A DNA stretch of 63,620 bases, counting the filler, from Asterionella formosa (Eukaryota): the NCBI GenBank assembly GCA_002256025.1. It is 18 parts of 18 records of this genome, joined end to end, with 100 filler letters (N's around TTAATTAATTAA, not from the genome) between each part and the next. Parts side by side here need not be neighbours in the genome. Positions count along the whole stretch, not along the records: positions 1,380 to 22,121 come from NKIB01003253.1; positions 22,222 to 23,499 come from NKIB01003254.1; positions 23,600 to 24,877 come from NKIB01003255.1; 15 more parts are not named here. The stretch is one strand, 5' to 3'. Numbering within the stretch: the stretch's first letter is position 1; each line of letters opens with the position of its first letter. The translations under genes were made by a program, and so were the position numbers. The notes under the pieces are model-generated. The model was not told the origin of the DNA. It saw only the letters and a list, made by a program, of their open reading frames with translations, and ran no database searches. Shown here piece after piece: positions 12,685-24,977 of this stretch.

Positions 12685-14492
12685 ATGACCACTACTACTA
12701 CTGAAGAACCATGCCCTCCTTCTTCAACTGCACAACAAGTCGAACAAGAAGAAGCGTTGAAAGAAATCAACGCCATGTTGGCCACAAGTCGTCCAAAGAA
12801 TTTACGAGCTGGTGTTGGATCTGGTTTAAGTAACATTGTCCAGGGTGCTGTTGGTGCTGTTGGTATTGCAGTTTTGGCACCCACTGTGGGATTGGCTGTT
12901 GGTGTCAAGCATGGTGGGATTCTTGGTGCTGCAGTTGGTGTAGCTGGTGGAGCAGTCATTGGAGTCTTGGGCGCTGGTGCCATGGCTGTGGGTGGTACGT
13001 AACAAATCACTTCTTATTATTACAACAACAACACATTCACACATTCACTATCATAGGTGCACTCTCGGGAGTGTCACAGATTGTCCGTGGTGTTGCAGCT
13101 ACGCCTGCAGCCATTATGAGTCCATCACAAGGCAAGTGGTGGAATGAAGCAGATGGCAAATGGGTACTTACAGACCTTTCCAAGGATGGTGATACATTCC
13201 TTAACGGTGTTCCAGATGATGATGCTGATTTGCTTGGAGGTATTCAAAAGGATCTAGACAAGGAAGCTACTGCCACGCCCACTGGACAAGTTATGGAAAC
13301 ATTCTACTATGACGCACTAGAACTACCACCCCAAGCGGACCAATCAACCATTAAACGCAAATACTATGTTCTGGCTCGAAAGTACCATCCAGACAAAGTT
13401 GATAAGGATGATGTGGAAGCTCATGATAAGTTTAAGGAAATTGCTGAAGCGTACCAAGTATTGAGTGACCCGGAATTGAGAGCCAAGTACGATAAAGAAG
13501 GGCGGGGAGGATTGAGTGCAGATAAGACTTGTGTTGCTACAGATGTGCCAAAGTTGGATCCGTCTATCCTTTTTGCATTTTTGTTTGGTTCTGACAAGTT
13601 CAATGACTATATTGGACGCTTGGCTGTGGCAACATCTGCCTCGATTGGAGATTCACCCAAGATTAGTCTTGCTGATGCGCGGGAATTGCAGAAGCGTCGT
13701 GTCTTGAGATTGGCATTGAAACTGGCAAGCAAATTAGAACTATGGGTGGCTGGAGACTATGATGCTTGCAAGGCCATGTGGATTACTGAAGCGGAAGTCC
13801 TATCAACTGCCAGTTATGGTATTCCATTGATCCATTTACTTGGAAAGGTATGTATGTACATTTGTTTTGTTCTTAAAACCCATTTTTGTCACAACCAAAT
13901 TTCTGCCACTGTCATTATTAACCTTCATTTGTATACTCGTGCTTTTTAGGTTTACAACTTGGCTGCAGTCAAGTTCTTGGGATCAGCCGAATCTGGTATT
14001 GGCATGCCATCTATTGCAGATTGGGCCGCAAGACAGCAGGCCAATATTCAGAAGAAGAAAGATGCTCAGGACGCCAAGATGGATACTCTCAAAACTGGAT
14101 TTGACATGTTGAGGGTCCAGCAGAAGCTACAGAAGGACTTGGAGACTGCCACAACGGATGAAGAGAGAAAAGCGATTGAGGATAAGTTGGAAGCCACCAT
14201 GTCATCCACCTTATTGAGTGTCTTGTGGACTCAAACAACAGTGGACATTACTACTACCATTTATGAAGTCGTCAAGATGGTGTGCTTTGATCATGCTGTC
14301 AGTAAAGATGATCGTGAAAAACGTGCCTATGGTATCAAGAACTTGGGTGAAATCTTTATGGAAATTGAGGGCCCCCTTGATGGAGGAAGTGAATCTTCAG
14401 ATGCAAAGAAGTTGTACGAGGAAGCTGCATTTGCGGCCATGCTTGAGACGATTAAGAGGAAGGAAGAAGCAACTCAAAGTGCCAAAGAGTAG
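12685..14492 (+). CDS. DnaJ/Hsp40 protein with J-domain and DnaJ-X domain (ATJ10/Caj1-like), 3 exons (12685-12994, 13057-13847, 13950-14492), ~547 aa
   Basis: YYDALE...KYHPDK...AEAYQVLSDPELRAKYD J-domain; LFGSDKFNDYIG X-domain start; GT-AG introns 12995-13056 and 13848-13949 join the ORFs in frame. Confidence 0.92.
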
Positions 14493-14774
14493 GGAATATG
14501 ATTCGGTGTTAGCCCTTTTTTAGGTTGTGCTTTGTCAATTCATAATACATGGCAGTAGGTATAATTCATTAAATACATATTTCATTAAAGTACTACGTCA
14601 GAATCATCATTAGCAAAAATACATAAATTGTTGACCATTTGTTTGATGTTGTGGGTGTCTATTTATTACTTACTATTGATTATAATCATATAGAAACTAT
14701 GTGCTTGATATTTTTTAGTAGTAGTGGTTGTATTTTAGAAAGATGATTTCTTGGCGCTCCTGAAGTCAAGGTTA

Positions 14775-14961
14775 GCCTAGCCAAGCCAAGCCAAGCCAAG
14801 CCAAGCCTAGCCTAGTCTAGTCTAGTCTAGTCTAGTCTAGTCTAGTCTAGTCTAGTCTAGTCTAGTCTAGTCTAGTCTAGTCTAGTCTAGTCTAGTCTAG
14901 TCTAGTCTAGTCTAGTCTAGTCTAGTCTAGTCTAGTCTAGTCTAGTCTAGTCTAGTCTAGT
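14775..14961. repeat. Compound pentanucleotide microsatellite (CCAAG)n-(CCTAG)-(TCTAG)~29
   Basis: Read directly from the sequence. Confidence 0.97.
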
Positions 14962-15384
14962 GGTTCATTGCAAATTTTATTTTGACATGGCTTTATCAAA
15001 CTTTTCCTTATTGTTCTTGTCTAGTGAAATATTATTGTTTGTTGTATTATGATTAATAATTGTCAATGTTACATAATGTCGAGTTGTCTCCCAATGATCC
15101 AGCCTGAAAAGTCACAAGTGTTTGGGCATGGGAGTGCATTTTTTAATAGCCCTACGAATAGTCAACGTGAGGTTGTGATGGTGTGCTGTCCATCTACATG
15201 TTGATGAATCCTTCAAATTTGGTGTAATGCAAACCAACAAGTTTACAGAAAGAGCATCAACCTGTCTGTATCTATAAAGGAAAAAGTTGAATAAAGAAGC
15301 ACATAATAAATGAAGTTTCCAAGTCGAAGTTAAACAAAATGAACACTAAATGATTATTAGCTTGTAACAGTTACATATTGATCC

Positions 15385-16138
15385 TTACATAGATAACCAT
15401 AATGAATATTTCCAAGGTTGGGCCAAAATGCGAAGTGCTCCATTACCTTTTTCTTGAACACCAGCACTGGAAGAGTGATTTCGCATAACAGACTCAATTG
15501 CGCCTTTTCCACCAGCATCGGCAATTGCCGCATTGTTGTTGCCATTATCCAAAGCCAAGTTCCAAAGTACTCCACAACCATAGTATTGCACATTAGCATC
15601 TGAAGAATGAGTCTTCATCGCAGACAGAATAATAGGGATACCTCCTTCATCAGCAATTGCTACCTCGTTGTTGTCCTTAAAAGCCAAGTCCCAAAGTGCT
15701 GAAACCCTTCTTTTTGAATATCAGCATTCCGCTCATTCCTTTTCATCTTTGAAAGACTTGCATCAATCTGAGACGAAATGATTGAAGTGGTTGGACTTTG
15801 GGTTGAATGTAAGGAGGAAGCTGAGGTATTGGAATCGTGGGAGCAATAGGCCCTCGGGTATTCATACGATGATGATAACATACATGAAGGAAGCAAGCGA
15901 TACATATGATGATCGTGAGCACTAGCATATTCCTACGTTCATGATCGCATTTAGGGCAGCTCTCTTTCACAGTCTTCCAAATTCCAAATCTCTTCTTTTT
16001 GCGAAGCTGAATGTCTGCATGATGAGGACAGAATCCATTCCTAATGAGCTCAACTTGTACGGCATACTCACTCGTAATTGGAGCATCATGGTGGGTAGGG
16101 GCGAATGAAGCCTGGAGTGTTGGTGCGATACTCGCCAT
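15385..16138 (-). pseudogene. Frameshifted short paralog of the ARM-repeat gene (Cys/His N-terminal motif, hydrophobic insert, 2 ARM units + cap)
   Basis: Pieces in three frames (15743-16177, 15660-15905, 15385-15687) align to the protein at 19900-21477. Confidence 0.8.
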
Positions 16139-16597
16139 GTTTGATTTGTTCTCGTTGATTTGGTTGTTTAATCGCACGTGTGTTAAATAAGCCTTTTTCT
16201 TTGTTGTGTTACGTTTTGTATATAATTCTAGAGTCCTGCCTTTTTTAAGGGAAATAGTTCCGCTTCCACCTCATGTCGTTCAATTCTACATGCAATTTCC
16301 AAATTCATTCAGTCATACCGGAACTTTTGTCCATCATCCCCCAATTTATGTATAAAAAGTAATAAATCAGCTATATAAATTCATATAGAATGTAAAGGAT
16401 GGTTCTTGTGTAAAATCGATGCATGACTGATGAGGACAGCTTGAGAAAGAATTATGTGGTACATACGAGCTATATACATAACCAAAGAAAACAGATATCA
16501 GTTACATCTGTACAATACCTATGTATACCGGTAGGTACCGGTATATTGGAAAGATACCGGTATGGAATAATCTACCGGTAGAGAAGGTGGTTCAATG

Positions 16598-17622
16598 TGT
16601 TGAGGGGAACCTTACAATAAAGGTGAACTACATACAATATTATGACTATTCTATTGCAGTTTCGAGTAGGTACATTAGAAAGGGGAGAACAAAGAACAGA
16701 AACATGGGTGGAGGTGGTAGCAGAATCAGAAGCCAAGCAAGCAAAATAGTTTGGAGTAACAGGGAGGGATGGAGGGCAATGGAGATAGTGCGGTTGCATC
16801 AAAGTATGATGGGAAGCGGGATGGTGTTTAGTGACCTTTTTCCAAGAAACAAGAAATTGGCCTTGGCGAACCCGATTGCGTACCCAGTAATAATGCATAT
16901 CCATAGCTTTGGAGCGTTTTAGTCAGACGTTATCATTGGCGATGCCGCTGGCAGTGCTATTATCGGTGGCAATACGGGTAGAGGGTTGGGGATGACCAAG
17001 CTCAGCAAGAATGCTGCGAATAGCATATGCCTCTTTGCCATTGTGGAACAAGGCGGCTAGTAGTTCAGCCTCATTGACAATACTGGATAACATTTCCTTA
17101 AGAATTTGACAGTGTACGTAAATAGCACCATTAAGAGGAGGGATGGACGTAGTGAGGCAAGGCAGAGACAGGGGTTAACAGCTGAGAAAGTGAATGCCGG
17201 CAGCATGAAAGCGGCCACGCGTTTCAGAAAGATAGGAGGCATCGCTTTCAACATGTAGGACCATGTCACTGGCAGTAAATCGGAGTGTGGCTTCAGGATG
17301 GGTGGCACAATAATTGAGAAGGTGAGTAATAGAATCGAGAAGGTGAGTAATAGCAGTTAAGGTGGCCACAGAGGGGGTTGTTTGCTGTGTAGCCAAGGTA
17401 CCAAGGGTGGGTAACATAATACAGTCAATAGCATGGGCATTATACAGTAAGGTACAAAGAACCTCCTGCAACCGTTTTTTATCATGGAGGTCGAGGACGG
17501 GAGTGACATCAGGAACAACAAATTGTTGTCGAGTGCCATAACTAGGTGCAGACCAGGCATGGAGGGCATGTTGGGGGCGTGTTGGGGTGGAGTGGGTGAA
17601 TCGTTGTAGGGCCCAAACAATG
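16598..17622 (-). mobile_element. Ty1/copia (CoDi-like) 3' fragment: RT C-terminus, RNase H and LTR end (TCAACA at 16598)
   Basis: Motifs QEVL.TLLY, LLNYCATHP, ASDMVLHVESDASYLSE, MDMHYYWVRNRVRQGQF, TKHHPASHH; frameshifts and stops. Confidence 0.9.
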
Positions 17623-17908
17623 TAGAACGGAAATCACCAAACTGGAGAACAACTACTAAGTATTGCTACAAAAGAAGGGAATTAAGGAATGTGAATCTTC
17701 AACAGAAGTAGATACTTATTCATTGTACCAAATTCAAAGACTTGGGACTGAGCAACAACATCCTATGAGACAAGAACTAATCATTTTTGACTTGTCTCCC
17801 TGAAATCACCCATACCTAGTATAGCAACAGCAACATCCAGCAACAAGCAAAAACATGTTTGGACTTCACTGAAGCCAAGAGACTTTGCCCGTTTGAATTC
17901 ACCAAGAA

Positions 17909-19132
17909 ATCCTGCTATCCTTTTTGCATTTTTGTTTCGTTCTGAAAAGTTCAATGATTATATCGGACGCTTGGCTGTGGCAAGCAACATCTGCCTCAAT
18001 TGGAGATTCACCCAAGATTAGTCTTGCTGATGCGCGGGAATTGCAGAAGCGTCGTATCTTGAGATTGGCATTGAAACTGGCAAGCAAATTAAAACCATGG
18101 GTGGCTGGGAGAATTTGATTTTTGCAGGGCCATGTGGATTACAGAAGCGGAAGTCCTATAAACTGCTAGCTACTAGTTATGATATTCTACTGATCCATTT
18201 ATTTGGAAAGGTATGTATGTACATTTTTTTTGTTCTTAAAACCCATTTTTGTCACAACCAAATGTCTGCCACTGTCATTATTAACTTACATTTGTATACT
18301 AGTACTTTTTAGGTATACAACTTGGCTGCGGTCAAGTTCTTGGGATCAGCCGAATCTGGCTGGTATTGGCATGCAATCTGTTGCAGATTGGGCCGCAAGA
18401 CAGCAGGCCAATATTCAGAAGAAGAAAGATGCTCAGGACGCCAAGATGGATACTCTCAAAACTGGATTTGACATGTTGAGGGTCCAGCAGAAGCTACAGA
18501 AGGACTTGGAGACTGCCACAACGGATGAAGAGAGGAAAGCGATTGAGGATAAGTTGGAAGCCACCATATCATCCACCTTATTGAGTGTCTTGTGGACTCA
18601 AACAACAGTGGACATTGGACAGGGATTGAAAAATCGATTCCTCCCCAGAACTTCCCCACCCAGTTATACCAAAGTCTTCCCATGCTCCCAACCGTTCCAG
18701 CAATTCTTTTGCATCTGCTGCCGCTGTTTCAATATGGCCGACGAAATTGATGGTTTCCCAAAATCGTCGCTCCATGCGATTCGATTGCGGCATCCAATGT
18801 GGATCTACACATTGTTGCATCACACCACTACTACCATTTATGAAGCTGTCAAGATGGTGTTCTTTGATCATGCTGTGAGTAAAGAAGATCGTGAAAAAAT
18901 TGCCAACAGTATCAGGAACTTGGGTGAAATCTTTGCTGTCAGTAAAGATGATCGTGAAAAACGTGCCTATGGTATCAAGAACTTGGGTGAAATCTTTATG
19001 GAAATTGAGGGCCCCCTTGATGGAGGAAGTGAATCTATAGATGCAATGAAGTTGTACGAGGAAGCTGCATTTGCGGCCATGCTTGAGACGATTAAGAGGA
19101 AGGACGGAGCAACTCAAAGTGCCAAAGAGTAA
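17909..19132 (+). pseudogene. 5'-truncated duplicate of the DnaJ-X gene (no J-domain) with frameshifts, a 210-bp foreign insert and a 63-bp internal duplication
   Basis: Close match to 13558-14492 including intron 2; insert at 18617-18826; duplicated unit 18872-18934/18935-18997. Confidence 0.9.
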
Positions 19133-19899
19133 ATCAAGAATTGTATTTTACTCGGGAATATGATTCGGTGTTAGCCCTTTTTTAGGTTGAGCTTTGTCAA
19201 TTCATAATACATGGCAGTAGGTGTATTTCATTAAATATGTATTTCATTGAAGTACTACTATACAAGAAACATGATTCATTGGCAAAAATATATAAATTAA
19301 TATCCATTTGTTTGATTTTGTCTTACTATTGATTATAATCATATAGAAACAATGTGATGTTTATTTTTCAATGGCAGTGGTTGTATTTGAAAAAGATGAT
19401 TTCTTGGAGCAGTCAAGCCTAGCCAAAAATATGAGCTGTGGTTGATAAGCCTTTATCAAACTTGTTCACATTGTTCTTGTCTAGTGAGATGTTATTGTTT
19501 GTTGTATTATGATTACTAATTGTCAATGTAACATGATGTTGAGTTGTCTACCAATGATCCAGCCTGAAAAGTCACAAGTGTTTGGGCATGGGAGTGCATT
19601 TTAGCACCATACCTAAGTCCTACTAGGAACCGTCAAGGTGAGGTTGTGGTGGTGTGCTATCCATCTCCTTGTTGATGAATCCCTCTTTATTGGTGTAATA
19701 CAAACCAACAAGTTAACAAAAAGACCATCAACATATTTTTATCAATCAGGAAAATTTTTAATAAAGAATCACATTAATTACAAGTCAAAGTTAAAAGAAG
19801 AAGAACTCTAATTAATTGTCAAAATGTAAAAGTTACATATGAACTAAAAAAGATACCAATTGATCCTCATACATAAAATAATAATGACTATTTCAAAAG

Positions 19900-21477
19900 T
19901 TAGGTCAATACGCGAAGTGCTCCATTACCTCTTTCTTGAATACCAACATTGGATGGGTGATGTCGAATAGCAGATTCAATTGCAGCTTTTCCGCCGGAAT
20001 CGGATATGGTCACTTTGTTGTTGCCATTATTCATTGCCAAGTTCCAAAGTGCTGCACAACCATAGTGTTGTACATAAGCATTGGAAGAGTGAGTCTTCAT
20101 CGCAGACAGAATCGTAGTGATACCTTCTGCTTCAGCAATTGTCACCCTGTTGTTTTCATTCAAAGCCAAGTTCTGAAGTGCTGCACAACCATAGTTTTGC
20201 ACATTAGCATTGAAGGAATGAGTCTTCAATGCAGAAAGAATTGTAGCGATACCTCCAGCTGCAGCAATCGTCACCCTGTTGTTGTCATTCAAAGCCAAGT
20301 TCCGAAGTGCTCCACAACCATGCTCTTGCACCTTAGCATTGGATGAATGATTCTCCATCGCAGACAGAATCGTCGTGATACCTCCTGCTTCAGCAATCGT
20401 CACCATGTTTGTTTCATTCAAAGCCAAGTTCCAAAGTGCTCCACAACCATAGCGTTGCACATTAGCATTCTATGAATGAGGCTTCATTGCAGACAGAATC
20501 GTGGTGATACCTTCTGCTTCAGCAATCGTCACCCTGTTGCTGTCATTCAAAGCCAAGCTCCAAAGTGCTGCACAACCATAGTGTTGTACATCAGCAATGG
20601 AGGAATGATTCTTCATCGCAGACAGAATCAAAGTGATACCTCCTGCTTCAACTATCGTCACCTTGCTGTTGGCATTATTCTCAAGCAAGTTTTTAAGTGC
20701 TGCACAACCATAGTGTTGTACATTGGCATTGGAGGAATGATTCTTCATCGCAGAAAGAATTGTAGTGATACCTCCTTCTTCAGCAATCGTCTCCCTGTTG
20801 TTGTCATTTAAAGCCAAGTTCCAAAGTGCTCCACAACCATGCTCTTGCACCTTAGCATTGTACAAATGAATCTTCATCGCAGAAAGAATTGTAGTGATAC
20901 CTCCTTCTTCCGCAATCGCCTCCCTGTTATTGTCATTTAAAGCCAAGTTCCAAAGTGCTCCACAACCATACTCTTGCACATTAGCATTGGAGGAATGATT
21001 CTTCACTGAATACAGAATCGTAGTGATACCTCCTGCTTCAACAATCTTCACCTTGTTGTTGTCAATTAAAGCCAAGTCCCAAAGTGCTGAACAACCTTCT
21101 ATTTGAATGTCAGCATTCTGTTCATTCATTTTCATCTTTGAAAGAATCGCAGCAATCGGAGAAGAAATTGATGTGGCTGGAAATGGGGTTGAAGGCTGAG
21201 ATTGGGTTGCTGGCGAAGGAGGTTGCTCAGGCATTGGAGTCATTGGAGCAGTAGGACCTTGAATGTTCATGCGGTCGCACTTAGGGCAGCTGTCTAGCAC
21301 AGTCGTCCAACCTCCAAATCTCTTCTTTTGGCGAAGCTGAATGTCGCCGTGATAAGGACAGAGTCCACTCTTAATGAGCTCAACTTGTACGGCATACTCA
21401 CTCGTAATTGGAGCATCATGCTGAATATTGGTACGGGCGTATGAAGCATGGAGTCTAGGTGCGAGAATCTTCTCCAT
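19900..21477 (-). CDS. Armadillo-repeat protein: Cys/His N-terminal motif, Pro/Ser linker, nine ~43-aa ARM units + cap; one in-frame TAG at 20470-20472
   Basis: Repeated GGITTILSAMKxHSSNAxVQxYGCxALxNLALNDxN; the two predicted ORFs share one frame (CAT TCA TAG AAT GCT AAT GTG). Confidence 0.85.
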
Positions 21478-23341
21478 GTTTGATTTCTTGTTCTCTTTGA
21501 TTTGGTTGTTTAATCGCACGTGTGTTTTCAATACGCCTTTTTCTTTGTTGTGGCTCGTTCTTGTGTTTCGTAATTCTTGAGTCCTGCCCTTTATGGAAAA
21601 TAGTTTCTCGAATTACCTCATGTCGTTCAAAATTCTACATGCAAGCCCCAAATTCATTCAGTCATACCGGAACTTTTGTCCATCATCTATGTATGTATGT
21701 ACCGGTTATTTGTGTATGCATGCATTATATCATACACACATTTTAAGTAATATGCCGGTAGTGATGAAAGGGCTTTTGTGATAATTGAATATTTGTGTAT
21801 AAAAAGTATAAATTAGCTACCTGTACATAAACTCATTTAGAATAGAGGATGGATCTTGTGTAAAATCGTTGCATGACTTATTTATGAGGACAGCTTGAGA
21901 AATTAGGTGGTACGAGCCATTCAGTTACATCAGTACAATACCTGTATCGGTAGGTATATTGGAAAGGTATCGATCGGTACCAGTAACTGGTATGTCGATT
22001 GCGAGACGACCAATTCGAACCAACTGTACTACAGGTGTACGAACATACTTCTGTAAGTCGACCGAATGTCCGGAGTCGTGATCGAGCATTGCTGCAGCAA
22101 TAGCTCAGGTCGGCTTCTTAANNNNNNNNNNNNNNNNNNNNNNNNNNNNNNNNNNNNNNNNNNNNTTAATTAATTAANNNNNNNNNNNNNNNNNNNNNNN
22201 NNNNNNNNNNNNNNNNNNNNNCAGTATTTCCGCCACAGTCATTCCTCTCCGCTGCCCACCAAACAAGCAAGAACCCTGATCATTCCATTCTGAGCAAGCG
22301 TGATCGCCACGCTGCTCCAGAACTATTGACTCTCTCTAGCTGAGTATTAGTCATGTAGCTTCTGATACGAACTCGTTGTAGAAATGTAGCAAAGCGCGTT
22401 AGTACAAGAAAAGCACTGCTTGGCAGCAATATTGACATCATTGTCAATGACACCAATACAAATCAACAAATGCAATCAACAACGGCACAATACCACATCT
22501 TCAATGAGTAGTCATTGATAAATGCATTGGTTCTTATGTAGATATGTAAAATCAAAACAAAACGACAGTGCGTAATAACAAACAACGATGGAAGCGATCA
22601 AAACAAACCACGGAAGCAATCAAATCGGAAAGTCGATAAATACGATCTACAATCCACATTCAGTGTTTCACTGTTGTACTTACCGATCCTCTTCAACTAG
22701 CATAACAAGCAGCAGACTATGGGATAAAAGAAAGACGAACGTTGCCTATTGCAAGCCCGAATAGAGCAAAGGCAGGCAAGATAGAGTGAGAACTATATTG
22801 GTGAGGACGAAATCGGGCATACGGTACATAAAATCAATGAATATGTGAATGATATAATTCAACATTTCAGGTATCGTAAAAATAATACCGAGTCTACAGA
22901 GATAATATTATAACGTGTTCAAAGTAAGCGTTAAAGCATAGCTTAAACCATGCATGGTTGTTTTTAGTACCATGTACGTATGTAGACTAGATGACTGCCG
23001 GTAACCAGTAGAATATCCGTTAAGCATCATTACATACATGACCGGAGCAAAAACTTGCCACCAACATCAGATGTATCGATATCATCGTTCGTCCGACGAA
23101 AAATGGACGATGCGACTACATGAATGCCTCGAGAAGACAAGCAATCCAACAATCAACTGCATCCGTTAGGCAAAGAATCGCTACTGGCGTCATCGTGGAA
23201 CTGATTTCGCTTCAAACCGGTCATGATTGACGACGATTGGCATGGTGAAAGATGAATTTCCGGAGTCCACTTTTCAGGAGACGAACGAAAACAAGGTGAA
23301 TTCTAGATATAAATTATTAAAATCTGTATAGTATATACAAT

Positions 23342-23403
23342 GGTTTCCTTAAGTAGACCCCTTGCCGATTTCGGTTTCCTTAAGTAGACCCCTTGCCGAT
23401 TTC
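23342..23403. repeat. 31-bp direct tandem duplication
   Basis: GGTTTCCTTAAGTAGACCCCTTGCCGATTTC twice. Confidence 0.9.
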
Positions 23404-23599
23404 GGCAATCCCAGGGCTGGAAAACCGAGGGGCAATTGGCGTCTGTTGTCTTGCCAAAATGCGAACATATGAAATATACAAAATATCTTTTTTAATGATN
23501 NNNNNNNNNNNNNNNNNNNNNNNNNNNNNNNNNNNNNNNNNNNTTAATTAATTAANNNNNNNNNNNNNNNNNNNNNNNNNNNNNNNNNNNNNNNNNNNN

Positions 23600-24452
23600 T
23601 TATGATTCACAGACACTGAAATCCTTGTTAAATTGTCCATTTGATCAGCCAATGTTCTATAGGCTAACTAACATGCAAAGTGCTGAGGTAAGTTTTTGGA
23701 GTGGCGAAAATCCCAGTAAACCCAAGGCATCCTTCTTCAAAAGGAAGAATCTAAAGCAACCAAATCATCAAGAATTTTGTTCTCAAACAATGACGACCTG
23801 CTCATCTGGAAGCGCCTCCTGAACATTGCTGTCGAGTAAATCGGATTTTCACCAAAATAATCCTTTTTCAAAAGCTTATCATAATAATCTGTCCAAAAAC
23901 AATTGAGATTGGATGTCTTTCCCACCTTTGATCCTCCTCCCTTATTTTTTTCTTTTTTGGCCTTGTTCTCACTTTGCTTCCGCATATTACTAGCTATGGA
24001 AGTGGAAGAAGAAATTGTCATCTGACAAGTTGCTATCATTGTTCTTTTTTGCATGTGTATAAATAAAAGTCATATGTATTGGCAATAAAGAACAAGTTAT
24101 AACTCTCTACGAACAATATTCAAGTACATAGTCGTAGTATTTTTTGATGGGCAGTGTAGCAGTACCAGACAAGCGTAATGCTAGCTGTGTAAGAATAAGG
24201 TATGTATGCGGCTACTTCAAGGAATTAAAAGCGATACACACGTAACTAAAGTCTCGCTTTTTTTCTATTGGCTAAAACTTTAGGCGCGAAATTTTTCTAT
24301 TACAGGATTTGGTCGATGCGGTTGGGAAAAAATTGAAAATTTCGACTATACATACAGTATTGATAAGAAATTTCTCGACCAAGTGACTTGAATTGATATT
24401 TTCAACTTCAACAATTGTCTTTGGTATTTTGTTGATGCGGTGGCGATGCCCT
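23600..24452 (-). mobile_element. PIF/Harbinger transposon left end: TIR and degraded transposase N-terminus
   Basis: DYFGENPIYSTAMFRRRFQMSR...KKDALGLLGFSPLQKLTSA matches the PIF/Harbinger transposase N-terminus; minus-strand end TTA/TAA + (A)GGGCATCGCCA is a Tourist-like TIR. Confidence 0.85.
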
Positions 24453-24977
24453 TAATTAAAAATGGTGAACACATCATAGTACTGCTATGCTATCTATCGT
24501 ATGTAGCTGTATATGTACATAGGATATCCCTGCCTGTGTTCCCAGTCATGATTTCTCTGAAGTACGGAACACACACAAGAGAGTGGTTTTTCTGTGTACC
24601 ACAATGATAATAATCACTTCTGCTCACCGACGCCTTCGAGCGACTTTTGGTACCCTGGTACTTTCTTTGTTCACGCCCTTTTATGTGTTTCACACATATT
24701 TTCTGATGTATTCGGAGTATACGGGTATACCGGTATACATTTGCTTTTTACCAAAAAAAAAGCAAACATGTAAAAAAAATATCAAACCAGACAGGACCAC
24801 GACCAGGCAGAGTGGTGGAAGGTAAGTACAGTATGAGAACCATCGCGGGGTATCTGTTACCTGGTACCAGGGTACCGNNNNNNNNNNNNNNNNNNNNNNN
24901 NNNNNNNNNNNNNNNNNNNNNTTAATTAATTAANNNNNNNNNNNNNNNNNNNNNNNNNNNNNNNNNNNNNNNNNNNN

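Noticed and set aside
12597..13010. Antisense ORFs over real genes (also 18578-19117 outside the insert, 47320-47790, 50046-50522) and the many 60-100 aa ORFs in repeats
   Set aside because: Shadows of coding strands or translations of non-coding repeats, with no motifs.
9571..17622. One intact copia carrying the DnaJ and ARM genes as cargo
   Set aside because: Both pieces are on the minus strand with gag downstream of pol, the wrong order for a single element; they are two fragments.
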